Of a stretch of 64,000 nucleotides of DNA, positions 1 to 11,530 are shown in pieces. This stretch comes from Raillietiella orientalis. Taxonomy: Eukaryota. The position numbers and the translations under genes are program-made. The notes below the pieces were generated by a model. The model was not told where the DNA came from, made no database searches, and saw only the letters and a list, made by a program, of their open reading frames with translations. The DNA lies in the NCBI GenBank assembly GCA_036172245.1, contig JAYWIR010000015.1:1364001-1428000 (forward strand). The letters are read 5' to 3'. Each line of letters starts with the position of its first letter. The stretch's first letter is position 1.

Positions 1-1859
1 TACTTCATCTATTTCTTCTTTTTCTACTTCTTCTTCTTCAGCAACTATTATCACTACTGGTTCCGTAAACCACTTTTTCTCTCCCCTCTGTTTCTCCTCC
101 TTTCACGCGACGCTATCGAGAGTCCCGGTGCCAGTGGGGGTTTCCTGCATCTCAAAACCTCGGAGTGCGTGATACCAAGGGTCTTGGATTAGCCTCGGTA
201 TCTCTGCTGCCGAGACAGCGACGTCGAGGCCGTCGATGGTCAGAGGATGAATTTCCAGCGCCCATCCATCTATCTCTCCTCCTCCTCCTGAGCACCTCTT
301 CCCCGTGCTGCTGTCCTCAGCATCCAAGGAGCAGGTCCGGAAAAATGTATGCGCTCAAAAGAGGAGAGACAGCAGAAACCTCCGAGGCACCGCCCTCGCC
401 GGTGCCTGCAAACGGTGTCTTCTCCGAAGAATCGCACACACGGCACCGGCAGCAGCACGAGCTACGGGAGGCTCTGCGTGGTGCTCGTCGTTGTCTCATC
501 AACGCGAGGCATTCATCCGCAGCGGCTTTCTCTTGGACGCCGACCTGTTCTTCCGCCACGGAGGTTCCGCTGTCCCCCCGCTTTCCCAAGCGAGAACCAA
601 CGGAGCAGCGCTTTGCCCTGCGGTCATCCCTGAGACAAGCATAGAAGGAAGACTAGGAACGACTTTGGCACCTTCAGCAGAGCCTCCACGTTTCATCCTT
701 CGGCGGCACGGTTCCTAGAGGAAGTGAACTTTCCGAAGAGGAGACATTAAGGGCGACCCTTCTTCTCTTTTCCTTTTTACGTTCCCGACGCGGGAACCTA
801 CCCGAGCAGGATTGCTTTCCGATCTCGCTCCTGATTAAAAAGATTGCTCGAGAGAGATGGGAGCGCATCCCTTATTCATCAGCTCCATTAAAGATTGATC
901 AAGAAGCAATGACCTCGTGATTCCGCTATTCGTGGAGGAGGGAATCTTCCTCTCTTAGCAGAATGTGGCTGGGATGCCACTGCGAGGGGATCCCGTGTAA
1001 TGCTGCGAAGGGAGGAGGAAGGAAGGAAGAGGAAGAGGAGGAGGAAAAGAAATGAATAGCAGCCTGTAGTAGCAGCAGTACAACTGCTATCACCCTCAGA
1101 TTCTTTTTCATGGCGTGTTCCTCCGCTGGTGCGGGCTTCCCTGGATGGACGCTGCTCGAGAACGGGAGTGGCTCTTCCAAACTTTCTTGCTGTCCCAGAA
1201 GTTTCCCTGTGCATCGTGGGGGCTTCAGATTCCTCTGAACCTCCTTCCCTCAGCCGCAGATCAGATGCGGGGATCGAAGAAAGGGAAGCGGACGCCAGAG
1301 GTGCTTACTTGGATCCGGAAGACTCCCGAGGAAGCTTTGCCGCCACGTTTCGCTCCTCCTCCAACGGGGACTCACGGCCTTTGAAAGAGGCAATGCGGAG
1401 GCCGCAGGCACGAGGGCGAACGAAAGCGGGACGGAGGCTTCGCGTAGAGGCGTCGCCCCCCCCTCCCGCAGAATCCGAAGCACCTGCTCCTGCGAGGTGT
1501 GTCTCTTTCCCGGGTCCCCACCCACCCCCCGACCGACCGCTGCTGCCTTTCTCCGTGCTGGGGCAGTGGACGAGCACACGTGGACAGCGGCAGAAGGCGG
1601 AGAGGAAGCAGAGGATTCGGGACCGAGCAGGCGATCCGGAGGCTGGAATTTGGGACTCTCGTTCCCCGTTCTGGCTGTTCTCCTTTCTTGCGGCACCGTT
1701 GACTCCTGCGGAGAGCCAAGGAGGACTCGTGGCACCTCGAGCGCGCCGTAGAGCATCGGGTCACAGCCCCGAATGCGCGGAATATGCGGACAGCCAGAAG
1801 CGCACCCTCCGTGGTCCGCGACAGGGGCTTCAGGAGGCAGCAGGCTTCCTCGTTAACGA

Positions 1860-2290
1860 TGCGACCCAAAGGACCTGAGGTGCGCGACCCGGGTAGATCG
1901 TTCCTGCCGCCCTGCGCAGACCACCCGTCCCTTCCCTCCATGCTCTTGGAGAAGAGGAGGAAGGCCCGCTTGAGATCGGCGCCTGGAGACTTCCGTGTCC
2001 ATCCGACGCGAAAACGTACACGTGTACACGGGCGCACCCCTGTGCAGATTCTGCCGTCCTGGAACGTGTGTACGTGCGCGCGTGCGAGTGCGCATGCCCG
2101 ATCCGCTCGAGGATCCCGAAGCACCCATGGTGGAGACCTACGAGCGCGGGAGGTGGAAATCCAGGAGCACACCTGAAGACCTGCGGGCGCACGCGGTGGA
2201 GGAGGCCTTCGGATGCAGGTGGAGATGAAGGCTTCCGGGTAAACGAGATGAGGAACGACGAGAGCAGGGAAGGCAACGCGCAGGAGTGCC
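1860..2290 (+). mobile_element. Highly decayed RTE-clade LINE remnant (RT C-terminal region)
   Basis: Frameshifted pieces in the expected order: RRKARLRSAPGDF (~EIKARI..A..AF), PMVETYERGRW (~P.LTYG.E.W), VEEAFGCRWR (~LEAFEM.C.RR), EMRNDESR (~D..RNEE.R). Matched by eye only. Confidence 0.4.
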
Positions 2291-5200
2291 AGGTGCGCAT
2301 TCCTTTTTTTTGTGCGTGTGTTGCTTTATTTTCACTTTTCTGCGGCCCCGCGCTCCTTCGCTTGCGTCTTCGCCATCTCTGTGGCACGCCGCTGATGGCT
2401 CGCTGGCCCTGGCAAGCAATGGGGGTTCGCCTTCCCCCTGGAAGCGCTGGGAGCTCGCTGCTCCCGCTGTGGTGTTTCTCCCGGAATGGAAGGGGAGCCT
2501 GGGCCGAGGAAGAAAAACTCGAGAGGAGCTGCCTCCAGCTCCCCGTTTTCTTACCTGCCCACCCCCCGAGGAATCCTCCTTGACCTTTAACCTCGGTGTG
2601 CTCTGATCCCTCTTCCGCCGCCCTTGCTTCCGCTCGTCGAGCGCGCCGGCACGAGAGAGCCCCACGTCTCTCAGGAGTACCGTCTGCGGCGGTAATCCCG
2701 ACGTGGGGCGCTTGCCACCCCACCCCTCTCCATCCCCAGGGGGAACGAGCAATCCACAGGATCCCTAGGTCCCTCCCGCTCTTCCTGCTCCTCCGGACCT
2801 GCTCTGAGGTCTTCCTCTTGGAGACAGGAAGGGAAAAGTAGGAAGGTCAGACCTGCGTGCGAACAACGGCCGGCTGCCTTCAGTCCGAGTCTCGCCCCCC
2901 CCCCCCCCCCATCCTCCTCATCCTTCCTTCCTTCCTCAAGAAGGACGAAGCTCGCTGGCGTTGCCAGGCACGCAGGCTGTGAAGCCACAGAAATGCTGAG
3001 ATCCCTCAAAGAGGCCTGAGATCTCGCGTGTTGCCATCGGCGAGAGGAGGCGCGGGCACGGTTCGCTTCCTGCCCCGGCGGGACGCTTACAGAGACTCCC
3101 GTCCCCTCCTGTGATGCCTCTCCCCTCCCCCCGTTCTTTGCTTTCGGGTGCTTGGAAGGGTAGGAGGGCGCCAACTCCAGCTGGGGGCTCCGAGGCTGGG
3201 CTGCCGGTCTCCTGTCCGAGGTCACCCGTGGGAACCGCGGGCGTCATTTTGCGTTTTCCCCGGATTTCCTAGGGGTCAGACCCCCCTCCCGGTGGCGCGC
3301 GTCCACTACTAGCGGGAGGGCTGACTGCAGGGCAGGGGGGAAGGGGAAGGAAGGGGAAAACTCACGTGACCAGGTCATCCCTACAGCCGCTTCCAAGAGC
3401 CTGGGACTAGGGATGGGAAGAGGGAGGTGGGGAGGAGGAGGGGCGCTTGCTCCCCCTCCTTTGCCTCTCCGCGCCGCGCGCCATCCCCTTCGACTACGGG
3501 AGAAGGGCTGTTCCCGCCCGCGCTTCCCCCACTGCCATCCCCCGAAAGAGGAGGGTCGGGAGGAAGGGTTCGAGCGAAAGGGGAGGCGCGCGCGGGGAAA
3601 GCGGCGGCGGCTGCGGCGGCGGGGCAGTCGGAAACGAAAGTCCCTCGCTCTGAAGGAGGCCGCCGGGAGGGAAGGACGAGGGCGGCTGGCGGAGCGAGCG
3701 GGCTCCACTCGGCGCGCGCACGCGCGCTTGGCCGGCGGACGAACTCGTTCGCGGAGGGGGCCCGGAGATGGCCGAGCCGGGGGGAAGACGGCGGCGTTCC
3801 TCCTCGATTCGCGGTTTCCATGGCGCTCGTTCTAATTACGCAGGGTACGCGTCACCGTTATGGTGCATAAGCAATGATGCGCTCGTCCTGCTCGCGGCCC
3901 GAGAAGCCCCGTGCGGCGGCGGCGGTGGCGGCGGCGGCGGAATAAGCGGTTTATTGCTCGTGGAAAAAATTCGGCGGTGCCGCTGCTCCTCCGAGATGCT
4001 GCTGCTGCCTCTGACGCGGTCAATGACGGACGAGAGGTCCTCCTATCGAGAGATGCTTCTCGATCTCGGCTCCCCTGCTCCTCCTGCGCCGCATATCAGG
4101 CGAAAAACGTTCTCGAATCGAAGACAGTTAAATTTGCGCCGTTTTGGAGGAGGAGGAAGAGGTAGGGAGGCAGGATTTTTTTTTTTTTTCTATCGCGGAG
4201 GAACAAAAAAAAAAAAGGAAAGAAAGAAAGCGAAACAAACAAACAAACTCGCGCTCGAGGGTCGATCGATAAGCCTCGGCGAAGTGGAAGTTCCAGAAGG
4301 AGCGTTCCGCGAGTCGCAGTCCTGAGACCTGCGAGCACCGCTCTCGTGTGGCACGTGATGATGATGATGCCGCTGGTTTTTTTCCCCCTCTCTTCCCTGC
4401 CATCCCCCCTTCCCACCCCCACCCTCTGCATGCGGACTCGGAGTGGTGGATGCTCGTTTTCCCTCAGCTCAGCGTTTCCCGCGGCCAGGCTTGCCGCGTT
4501 CCGCTGCCGAACCGGCGAAGGCGCCATCCACCCAGCCTGGAAAGGAAAGGGGGGGGGAGGGGTCACATCTTCCTGCATCCCTTCTGGCTCTTCTCTCGTC
4601 CTGCCTCAAAGCGAACGAGGAGGGGGCTGCCTCGCGAGGAGGAAGGCAGGAGGAGGTCCAGGGAGATGCTCCCGTACTCCTGCGTGTGTCCGCCTCCAGG
4701 GATCGGAGGCGGAGGGGTACCCTTCCTGCGCGCGCGCACACAGGGAGAGGAGGAGTCAAAAGGCGACGCGCTTGGCACCTCTTCGCAGGCCTTAGCCCCT
4801 TTCGCTCCCTGATACCTCTGAGTGACCACCCTGCCCCTGGAACACCACCCGTGTCCGGCGTGGTGTTCCCGTTAGCAGAGTGGAGAGGGAGGTGCGTTTG
4901 ATCTGGACTGCTGGACGGAAGCGGGCAGGTGGGACGGAATCAGGCAGGCAGGGAGAGAGGGACAGAAGAGGCTCCTCTGCCACTCCCCTCGCTCACCCCT
5001 TCCTCATTCCCGGTCTTCGACCGAGGTTTGGCTGGCGAAGGGCTCGGGACATAGGAGACGGAGACGCCTGCAGGTTGCCCGGCCATTTGCGAATTCTCAG
5101 AAAGAGGGGAGGGGAAAAAATGACTGAAAAAAAGTGAGAGGAAGACGGGAGGAGGAGGGAGGGGAGGCAGCGGCGGCATCTTCACGCTCGGCACGCATGC

Positions 5201-5821
5201 GCTATGAAGATATCTCGGTGGAGGCGCTGGGCTCAACACCTGGCTCACCGTCCGAGTTTTCCAGGCAACGAGAAGAGCGCGTGGTTTGATTTATCCGCAC
5301 CTCGGGCGCGCGGGCCGCATGGGAACGAGTGCGCGCGTCTATTAATGGCTCCTACGCGTCCGAGTACAGGCGTGCGCGCGCTTTGCTATCGAGCGGAGCG
5401 CACCGTGCGCAAAAGACGAGAGCGAGGGGGAGGGAGGAAGAGAGGCGTGGGGAGGGATCCACCTGCTGAGTGCTCGCGCGCGCACGCACCACCTTCGAGG
5501 GGAGGGAACGGGAGAAACCGCGGGACCCCCGGAAACACATCCTGCTCTACCGTGCCCGTCCGGGCCCGTCCGAGGATCCCCGCTTGTCAGCATCCTCGTC
5601 CTGTCTCCGGGACCGGCGGGCGAGAGCGCCCGGAAAAGGGGCACCACGAGCACAGTCCTGGGTCCCCGGAACTGTCCTCCGGAAGGAGAGACGCTCTTCG
5701 GGACGGAAGTGCGGACGCCCTTCGTGTCGCCCTTGGGCTGCTGGGACGCCGAGCTCGTGGCGGATGCGCTTGGTGGCAGCTCCCTTCCGCCGTTCGATTT
5801 TCACCCGGATTTCGCCGGGGC

Positions 5822-6560
5822 GTTTATTGTAAAATAAACATTTACAAAGACGTGCGGTGGCTGGACCATTGCTCCAGCCACGCACGAAGAAACACAGAGC
5901 CTGCCGGGTCACCGGTTCGCAGACCGGTACGGTCCACCACGGCAGCAGGGGGAAGGGGGAAAAACAAAAAACAAAACAAAAAAGAAAAGAAAAGTTGGGA
6001 GGGTAAGGGAAGGGATCACAGTTGCTGGTGGGGCCGTTGCATCCTTTGCAGGATGCCGGCAAGCTCCTTCTGTATTCCTGGATCCAGGTGGGGCCATCGG
6101 GACGCCCTCCTCAGGAACTGGGAGGCTGGCTGGATGGCACCCTGGTCGCGTTGTCCTCCCGTAGCCTTGCTCCAAGCGGTGACGATCCCGCGTAGGCAGC
6201 ACAAAGCTGCTAACGAGGCCGCTGGCCGAAGTGCGTCGGCAACGAAGAGGGCTTTCAGTGCGTCCCTGGGGTTGCCGCAGGGGATTCCGATGGCCGCGGC
6301 AAAGCGAAACCAAAGGGGCCGAAGGGCAACACAATCCACTAGCAGGTGGGGGAGGGACTCCCGTTCCCCACACCTGACGCAATTGGGGTCCACCGCTCCC
6401 CAGGTCCAGTGGTGTCGGCGGGCGTTGCAGGGGAGTCCCCAGTGCTGCAACAGGAGAGCCGACTCCTGCCATTTTAAGGGGAGGGCGGAAGTGTTCATGA
6501 GCACCGGGCCTTCCGCCGTTCGACGCCCCGGCAACGGCGCATGGACTCTCGGAACGGTGC
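5822..6560 (-). mobile_element. 5'-truncated L1/Tx1-type non-LTR retrotransposon 3' end (ORF2 C-terminal CCHC/zf-RVT region plus 3'UTR)
   Basis: Minus-frame peptide SALPLKWQESALLLQHWGLPCNARRHHWTWGAVDPNCVRCGERESLPHLLVDCVALRPLW fits the LP.K...L.H..LP...CxxC...ES..HLL..C.....W pattern. Stop at 6016, then a T-rich UTR ending TGTAAATGTTTATTTTACAATAAAC (AATAAA = plus-strand tttatt 5823-5828). Confidence 0.75.
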
Positions 6561-7949
6561 GGAAGAGGAAGCGGTGAGGGGAAGCAGGGGGAGGGAAGGA
6601 ATTTCGACGAGGGGAGAGCCCGCGCGGGAGGAAGAGGAAAAAAATCCTTCCCGCCGAGGACGCGAAAGAGGCCGCCCGCAGGAGAGATCCCTCACCAGAA
6701 TCCCGGGGGACCGTTGGAGGCGACTTCGGCGGGTGTCTGCGTATCCGGGAATCTGCCCGTATCGATCCCGCCGGTCCGCTCTCCCCGCAAGAGAGGAGCC
6801 CCGCGCATCCGCTGACAGGAAAAAAAAAAAAATCTGGAAAAATCAAATTCCCGAAATCGAAAACGGGAAACAAAGATGGCGGCGTTCCCGGTGTTCGATC
6901 CTCCTCCTCGTCGTTGCCCTCGTCCTCCCGCTCGCGTCGTCGTCCGGCGGAGCTGCCTTTCCGGGAGGGAAGGCAGGAAGAAGGCGGGAACTCGCTCTTC
7001 GCGCCGTGGCATTTTTTTTTAGGGATTCCTCGCCTCTCGCGCGCCCTTTTCCAGGAGCGCCTTCTCCCGGCTGCGGAGAAATGCGTCCCGGATCCAGGTC
7101 GTTTCTTTCACGATACGCAATGGCCACAAGAGTAACGACCTGTTTCCCGAGGACTTTCGCCCCTGGCAGTTCCTAAGCCCCAGAGGCAACGACCACCGCG
7201 TCCGGGAAGGCTTTTCCTCCTCCTTCATCCTTCCGCGTTCCTCTCGCTTCCGGGACGCGGGAACGCCGCATCCCTCTCTTCGAGGTGGGGGCGCTCCCTT
7301 TTTCCTCGCACGGAGCAGAGGGGGACACGCAGCGCTTCGTCAGGGAACTCTCCACCCGGGTGCCTCGCCACCTGCCCGCGTCGTCACCTCGTCCCGCAAC
7401 GGGCGCACACCGTTCGTTTCCGCCTCCCCCTTCAGGTCACGGGCGGTCGCATCGCCTCCCCAATGAGCTCTCTCTCCCCTCCCCCCATCCTCACCCCCTC
7501 CTCTCCCCTACCATCTTCCCCCTTTCGGTCCGCAGCGTGCTGCCGTGCTAGGAGAGGAGAGGATGCCACCGAAAGTCTCTTCCCTGGGGGGTTACTGCAG
7601 GCAGGTCGATGTCGAGCTCGGCTCTTCTCCCCGGCACTCCAAGCTCCCCATGGAGCAGTGGGAGCACTCCCGACCACTGCTGAGGCTGCGGTGGCGCCCG
7701 TCTCCTACGGCGCCGGGAGTCGTTCGTAGCGGGAAGAGAGAAAGAAGGACTGGACGCGCAGAGAGAAGGTGCACCAATCTCTGCGGACGGAGTCACATGG
7801 CGGTGGTAGAGGAGGAGGAGATGGAAAGGGAAGAGGAGGAGGAAGGGTGGTGGTGGAGGAGGAGGAAGGGAGAAAGAGGAGGAAAGGGGGAGAGGGAAAG
7901 CCAAAGGCGATGATGGCGCACCAGTCGGCTTGAGGCAGAATGCCGAGTC

Positions 7950-8300
7950 CATCAAAGCTCTGGGTGGCTGTCCTTTCTCGATGCTTCGTTCCAGGAGGCC
8001 ACACCACAGGGATGGAGTGCGGGAGTTCCGGTAGGGGGAAGAGAATCAGGAGAGTCATGCGGTGGGAACGGCCTCCAGGAAAGGTCGCGATCGTCAGATG
8101 TCCCTTCCGGCAAAGGGTCAAGCGAAGGAAGATGGTAGCAGTGCAGCTGGGCTCTCGCTATCGGTGCTGCAGCTCCCAGTTCTCTCTCCATCCCATTCCA
8201 TCCACTCTCACCGGCAGGCCCAGGATCAAACAAACCCTCCTCTTCCCGGCTCTGTGCCCATGAAGGGGAAGGGAGGGATTGAGGCACGCGAAGGCGGCGA
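7950..8300 (-). mobile_element. Possible decayed LINE reverse-transcriptase fragment
   Basis: Minus-strand LPSLDPLPEGTSDDRDLSWRPF resembles the I.L.PK.G.D...L.NWRPI motif at the start of LINE RT. Confidence 0.3.
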
Positions 8301-10659
8301 CCGCTGCTCCAGCATCGGTTCGCATCACGGGCGACGTTCCCTTTTTGTTTTCCGTGGCGTCCGCTCCCTCCCCCTCTTCCCCCCTTCCTCTTTTCCCAGA
8401 GAGAGCGCATCCCGAATGCGCGCGCTCCTCGTGCACCCGCGCGCGCGCCGCGCCTTCCTCGCAGCCTCCCAGATCGCCCCGCTCTGAGGCTCCCCTCTCC
8501 CTGTCCTCGCTCCACGCTCGCCGGTCTGCTTCGTCGCCCCCAATCAAAAGCCAGGACGGCGTCCTCCAGGCAGGAGGAGCACGGCGAGCGAGAAAAAGAG
8601 GGGAAAAAAAAAATCGATCGGTAAAAAGGGAAAGATGCTCGCGGGTGCAAAGCGAATCGGGGAAAGCCGGAACGACTCCGCAGCATCCGAGCTGCTCCCG
8701 CGGCCGCGTTGGAGCAGCTCGCAGACGGAAGGGTCGGCGCAGCGGTAGCCGCGGACACGTCGGGCCGTTGCACTCTGCGCACGCGCGCGGGATTCTCACT
8801 GCTCTTTCTCGCAAGGAGGGGGGAGGGAGAGGGGTCGACAGCAGGCACGGAGGCCATTAGAGGAGGCTACCAGGAAGGGGGCTCCGCAACCGCCTTGAGC
8901 GAAGAGTTGAGGTTATGGGGAGGGGGTAGACATATGGAAGTCGCTGGAACGGGGAGAGAGGAGCGGCTGCGTAGGATGCGGGGGAAGAGGCCAGAACGCT
9001 CGACGATACCGTTCCCTAGACGAAGGTACACGAGGAAATAGAGCATCCCTTTCCCTTCCTACCTTCTTCCCCTACCTGCTGCCCTTTCCTTGTCCTAGAC
9101 CTGGGAACCCGAGCTGTTACGACGGAACCCGGAGAGGAGGGGATCCAGAGTGAATGGGGATGCGGACGCGTGGAAGCTGCGGGGGCGACGATGATCAGAC
9201 TTTCTTGCGCTGATCGAAGAGGTTACGAATCGGACCACGTGCCAGTGCTCTCGGAATCCCACCGGAAAATTGTCTGGAGCACTCCTGAGAAAGAGGAAAG
9301 GAAGGACAAGGAAAGAGAAGAGGAAGAGAAGGAGGTAGCAGGGAAAAGGAAAGGAGGAAGAAAGGAGGAAGAGAGAGGGAAGAAGGGAGGAAGGAGTGAG
9401 CCGAAGAAGGCAGAATCTAAGCTGCTCGCAGGACTAGCATCGGGAGGGAAAGGAAGGGGCTCGGGCTGGACTTGTCAGCGGACGCCTTCCTGCCCGAGGG
9501 GCACGGGCCGCTTGTCGCCCGCTGCCTCCGCCGCCTGCCACTCGGTGCACGGCGCTTGGCTGCTACCCTCCCAGTGACTACGGCGACGACTCCACTCGTA
9601 GAGAAGCAGGGAAACGAGAAGTTTCCGGAAAAATGAAAGAAACACCCCGGAAAAAAACTGAACACCGCTTAAATCACTAGCCTCGAGGGTGCTCCTGCGG
9701 AAACCCGGGGCAAGGCAGCAACAATCCCATCCACCTTCCTAAAAGGATGGGACGCTAGCAGGGCCTACTACGCGGCCGCACGGAAACGAGAGGAATGGGG
9801 AGGAAATGGGGGGGGGGGGTAAGGATGGCGACAACCACAGGTCCCTTTCTTCGTCTCCCGCGTCCGGGAGAAGGAAGGGGATGAGAGAAGGAAAGCGCGC
9901 GTCGGGGGCGTCAGCGGCAAATGTGGCGGAACTGCGCCATCTTCCTCCCCCCTTCCCCTTTCCTCGCGCTTCCTCAGGAGAGACTGCCCCTCTGATCCCT
10001 CCAGGTTGCTGTGGAGAAGAAGAGGTGGGACCCGAAAGGGCTCGGGGTGCCTATTTAAATAGCGTGGTGAGAAGTTTCGCTGGTCTCTCCAGCACTTCTT
10101 CATCTCTGCTTCTCACCTTTCCCTTCTCTTTGCGGGAAGGAACGGGGGGGCGAGGGATTGTCGAGCGCCTTAGCCGACGAGAGGCTGCTTGGCGTTGAAA
10201 GACATCCTGAAAGCAGCACAAATGTGCTGGTGGGGGGTCGTCACGTGGAGCGGCAGAGGCGGCGACGGGGTTTCCAAGCCGGTTTTCGCTCCTTGCATCC
10301 CCTAAACCTACCATATTTTTCGTTCCTCTCCCATATCTTTTTTTCTCCCAAGATCGCCTCCTCCTGCTCCCTTCGATCCTCCCTACCGGGCGCTCCTGCG
10401 TCGGGAGGGGAATTTCCTGGCTGTTGCGCCGGGGAAAGGAAAGGAGGAGGAAGGAAAAAGAGAGGGCACCTGGGGTGCCTCGGGGTCAAGTCCTTGTCTG
10501 CGCGAGTGGTGACGTCACTTTCATCCGCGCCCCGAACTCGCTTCGGGACGTTTCCGCGGAATCTCTCGCAGCACCGCATTTCGCCGCGCGATCAGCCACG
10601 GACCGGCGCGCGACGTGCGAGTGAAACGGAGAGAGGGGAAGGGGGGGGGGGGATCGCAG

Positions 10660-11530
10660 GTCCTGAACGTCTTTCTGGAGCTCGGGAGCGGGTTGATGTT
10701 CCCCTTCACCATTCAGTGGGTCGTATTCCACCGGGCACCAGGCGGAGGGAAGAGTCGCGGCTTCCCTGGGAAGGCGGAAGATCCGAGACTGCGAGATGAG
10801 AGCAAGCGGCGTTCTGTGCGCCTCTCCTCCCGTCGATCCTTTGCCCAATGGGCTCCCAGGAGGGGACGGCGGCACCGCCGATGGCACCGGACCATCGGTA
10901 ACCTTTCTCCCCTCCTACTACCCGAGGTGGCAGGAACTCCGGGCGTCAGAAGGATCCTGGCGCTACGGAAACGGCACAAAATGGAGAAGGTGGCCTTTAG
11001 ACGCCTCGGCTAAGTGCGTGGATCCAGGATTCCTCCCCGGTCTTTCGTGATGCGAGGAGAGGCGACCTTCCCATCTGCTGTTCCTCCTCCTCCTTTTCTT
11101 CCTCTAATCATACTCATCTCCTCCTCTTCTCTTCTTCCTCTCCATCTCCTCTTCCTCCTCTCTTGCTCCTTCTCCTCTCTTCCACTTTTCCACCTCCTCC
11201 TTCTCTCTCCATTCTCTTCCTCCTCCACCTCACGAGAAACAGCACTTCTTCGCGGGGCGCCTTCGAAGACAGAGGACTTCGAATTTGCTCCCTTCCAGGA
11301 TCCCCTCGATTCCCAGCCCCTGCAGCGAAGCCCTGAAGTACTCCGAACGTACCGTGCATCCCGGTTTAGAAAAATATTGATTCGTCGTGGGTAGGGGGAA
11401 GTCGTGCGAGGGAAGATGGAGGGAATCGAACAGGACGTGCCGAAGCACTGGGGCAGGCGCCGTTCCGCGTGGTTCCAGCATCCTCGGCGATCTCTCGGGT
11501 CTGAAGTAAAAGCTGCTGCTGCTGCTGCAT
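10660..11530 (+). mobile_element. Decayed RTE-clade LINE 3' portion interrupted by a CT-rich simple repeat
   Basis: RRILALRKRHKMEKVAFRRLG (~RRILRI.W..K..NEEV.RR.G) and VVRGKMEG...WGRRRSAWFQH (~ILQGK.EG.R..GR.R..W), followed by a (GCT)n tail at about 11512-11528, consistent with RTE tandem-repeat tails. Confidence 0.5.
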
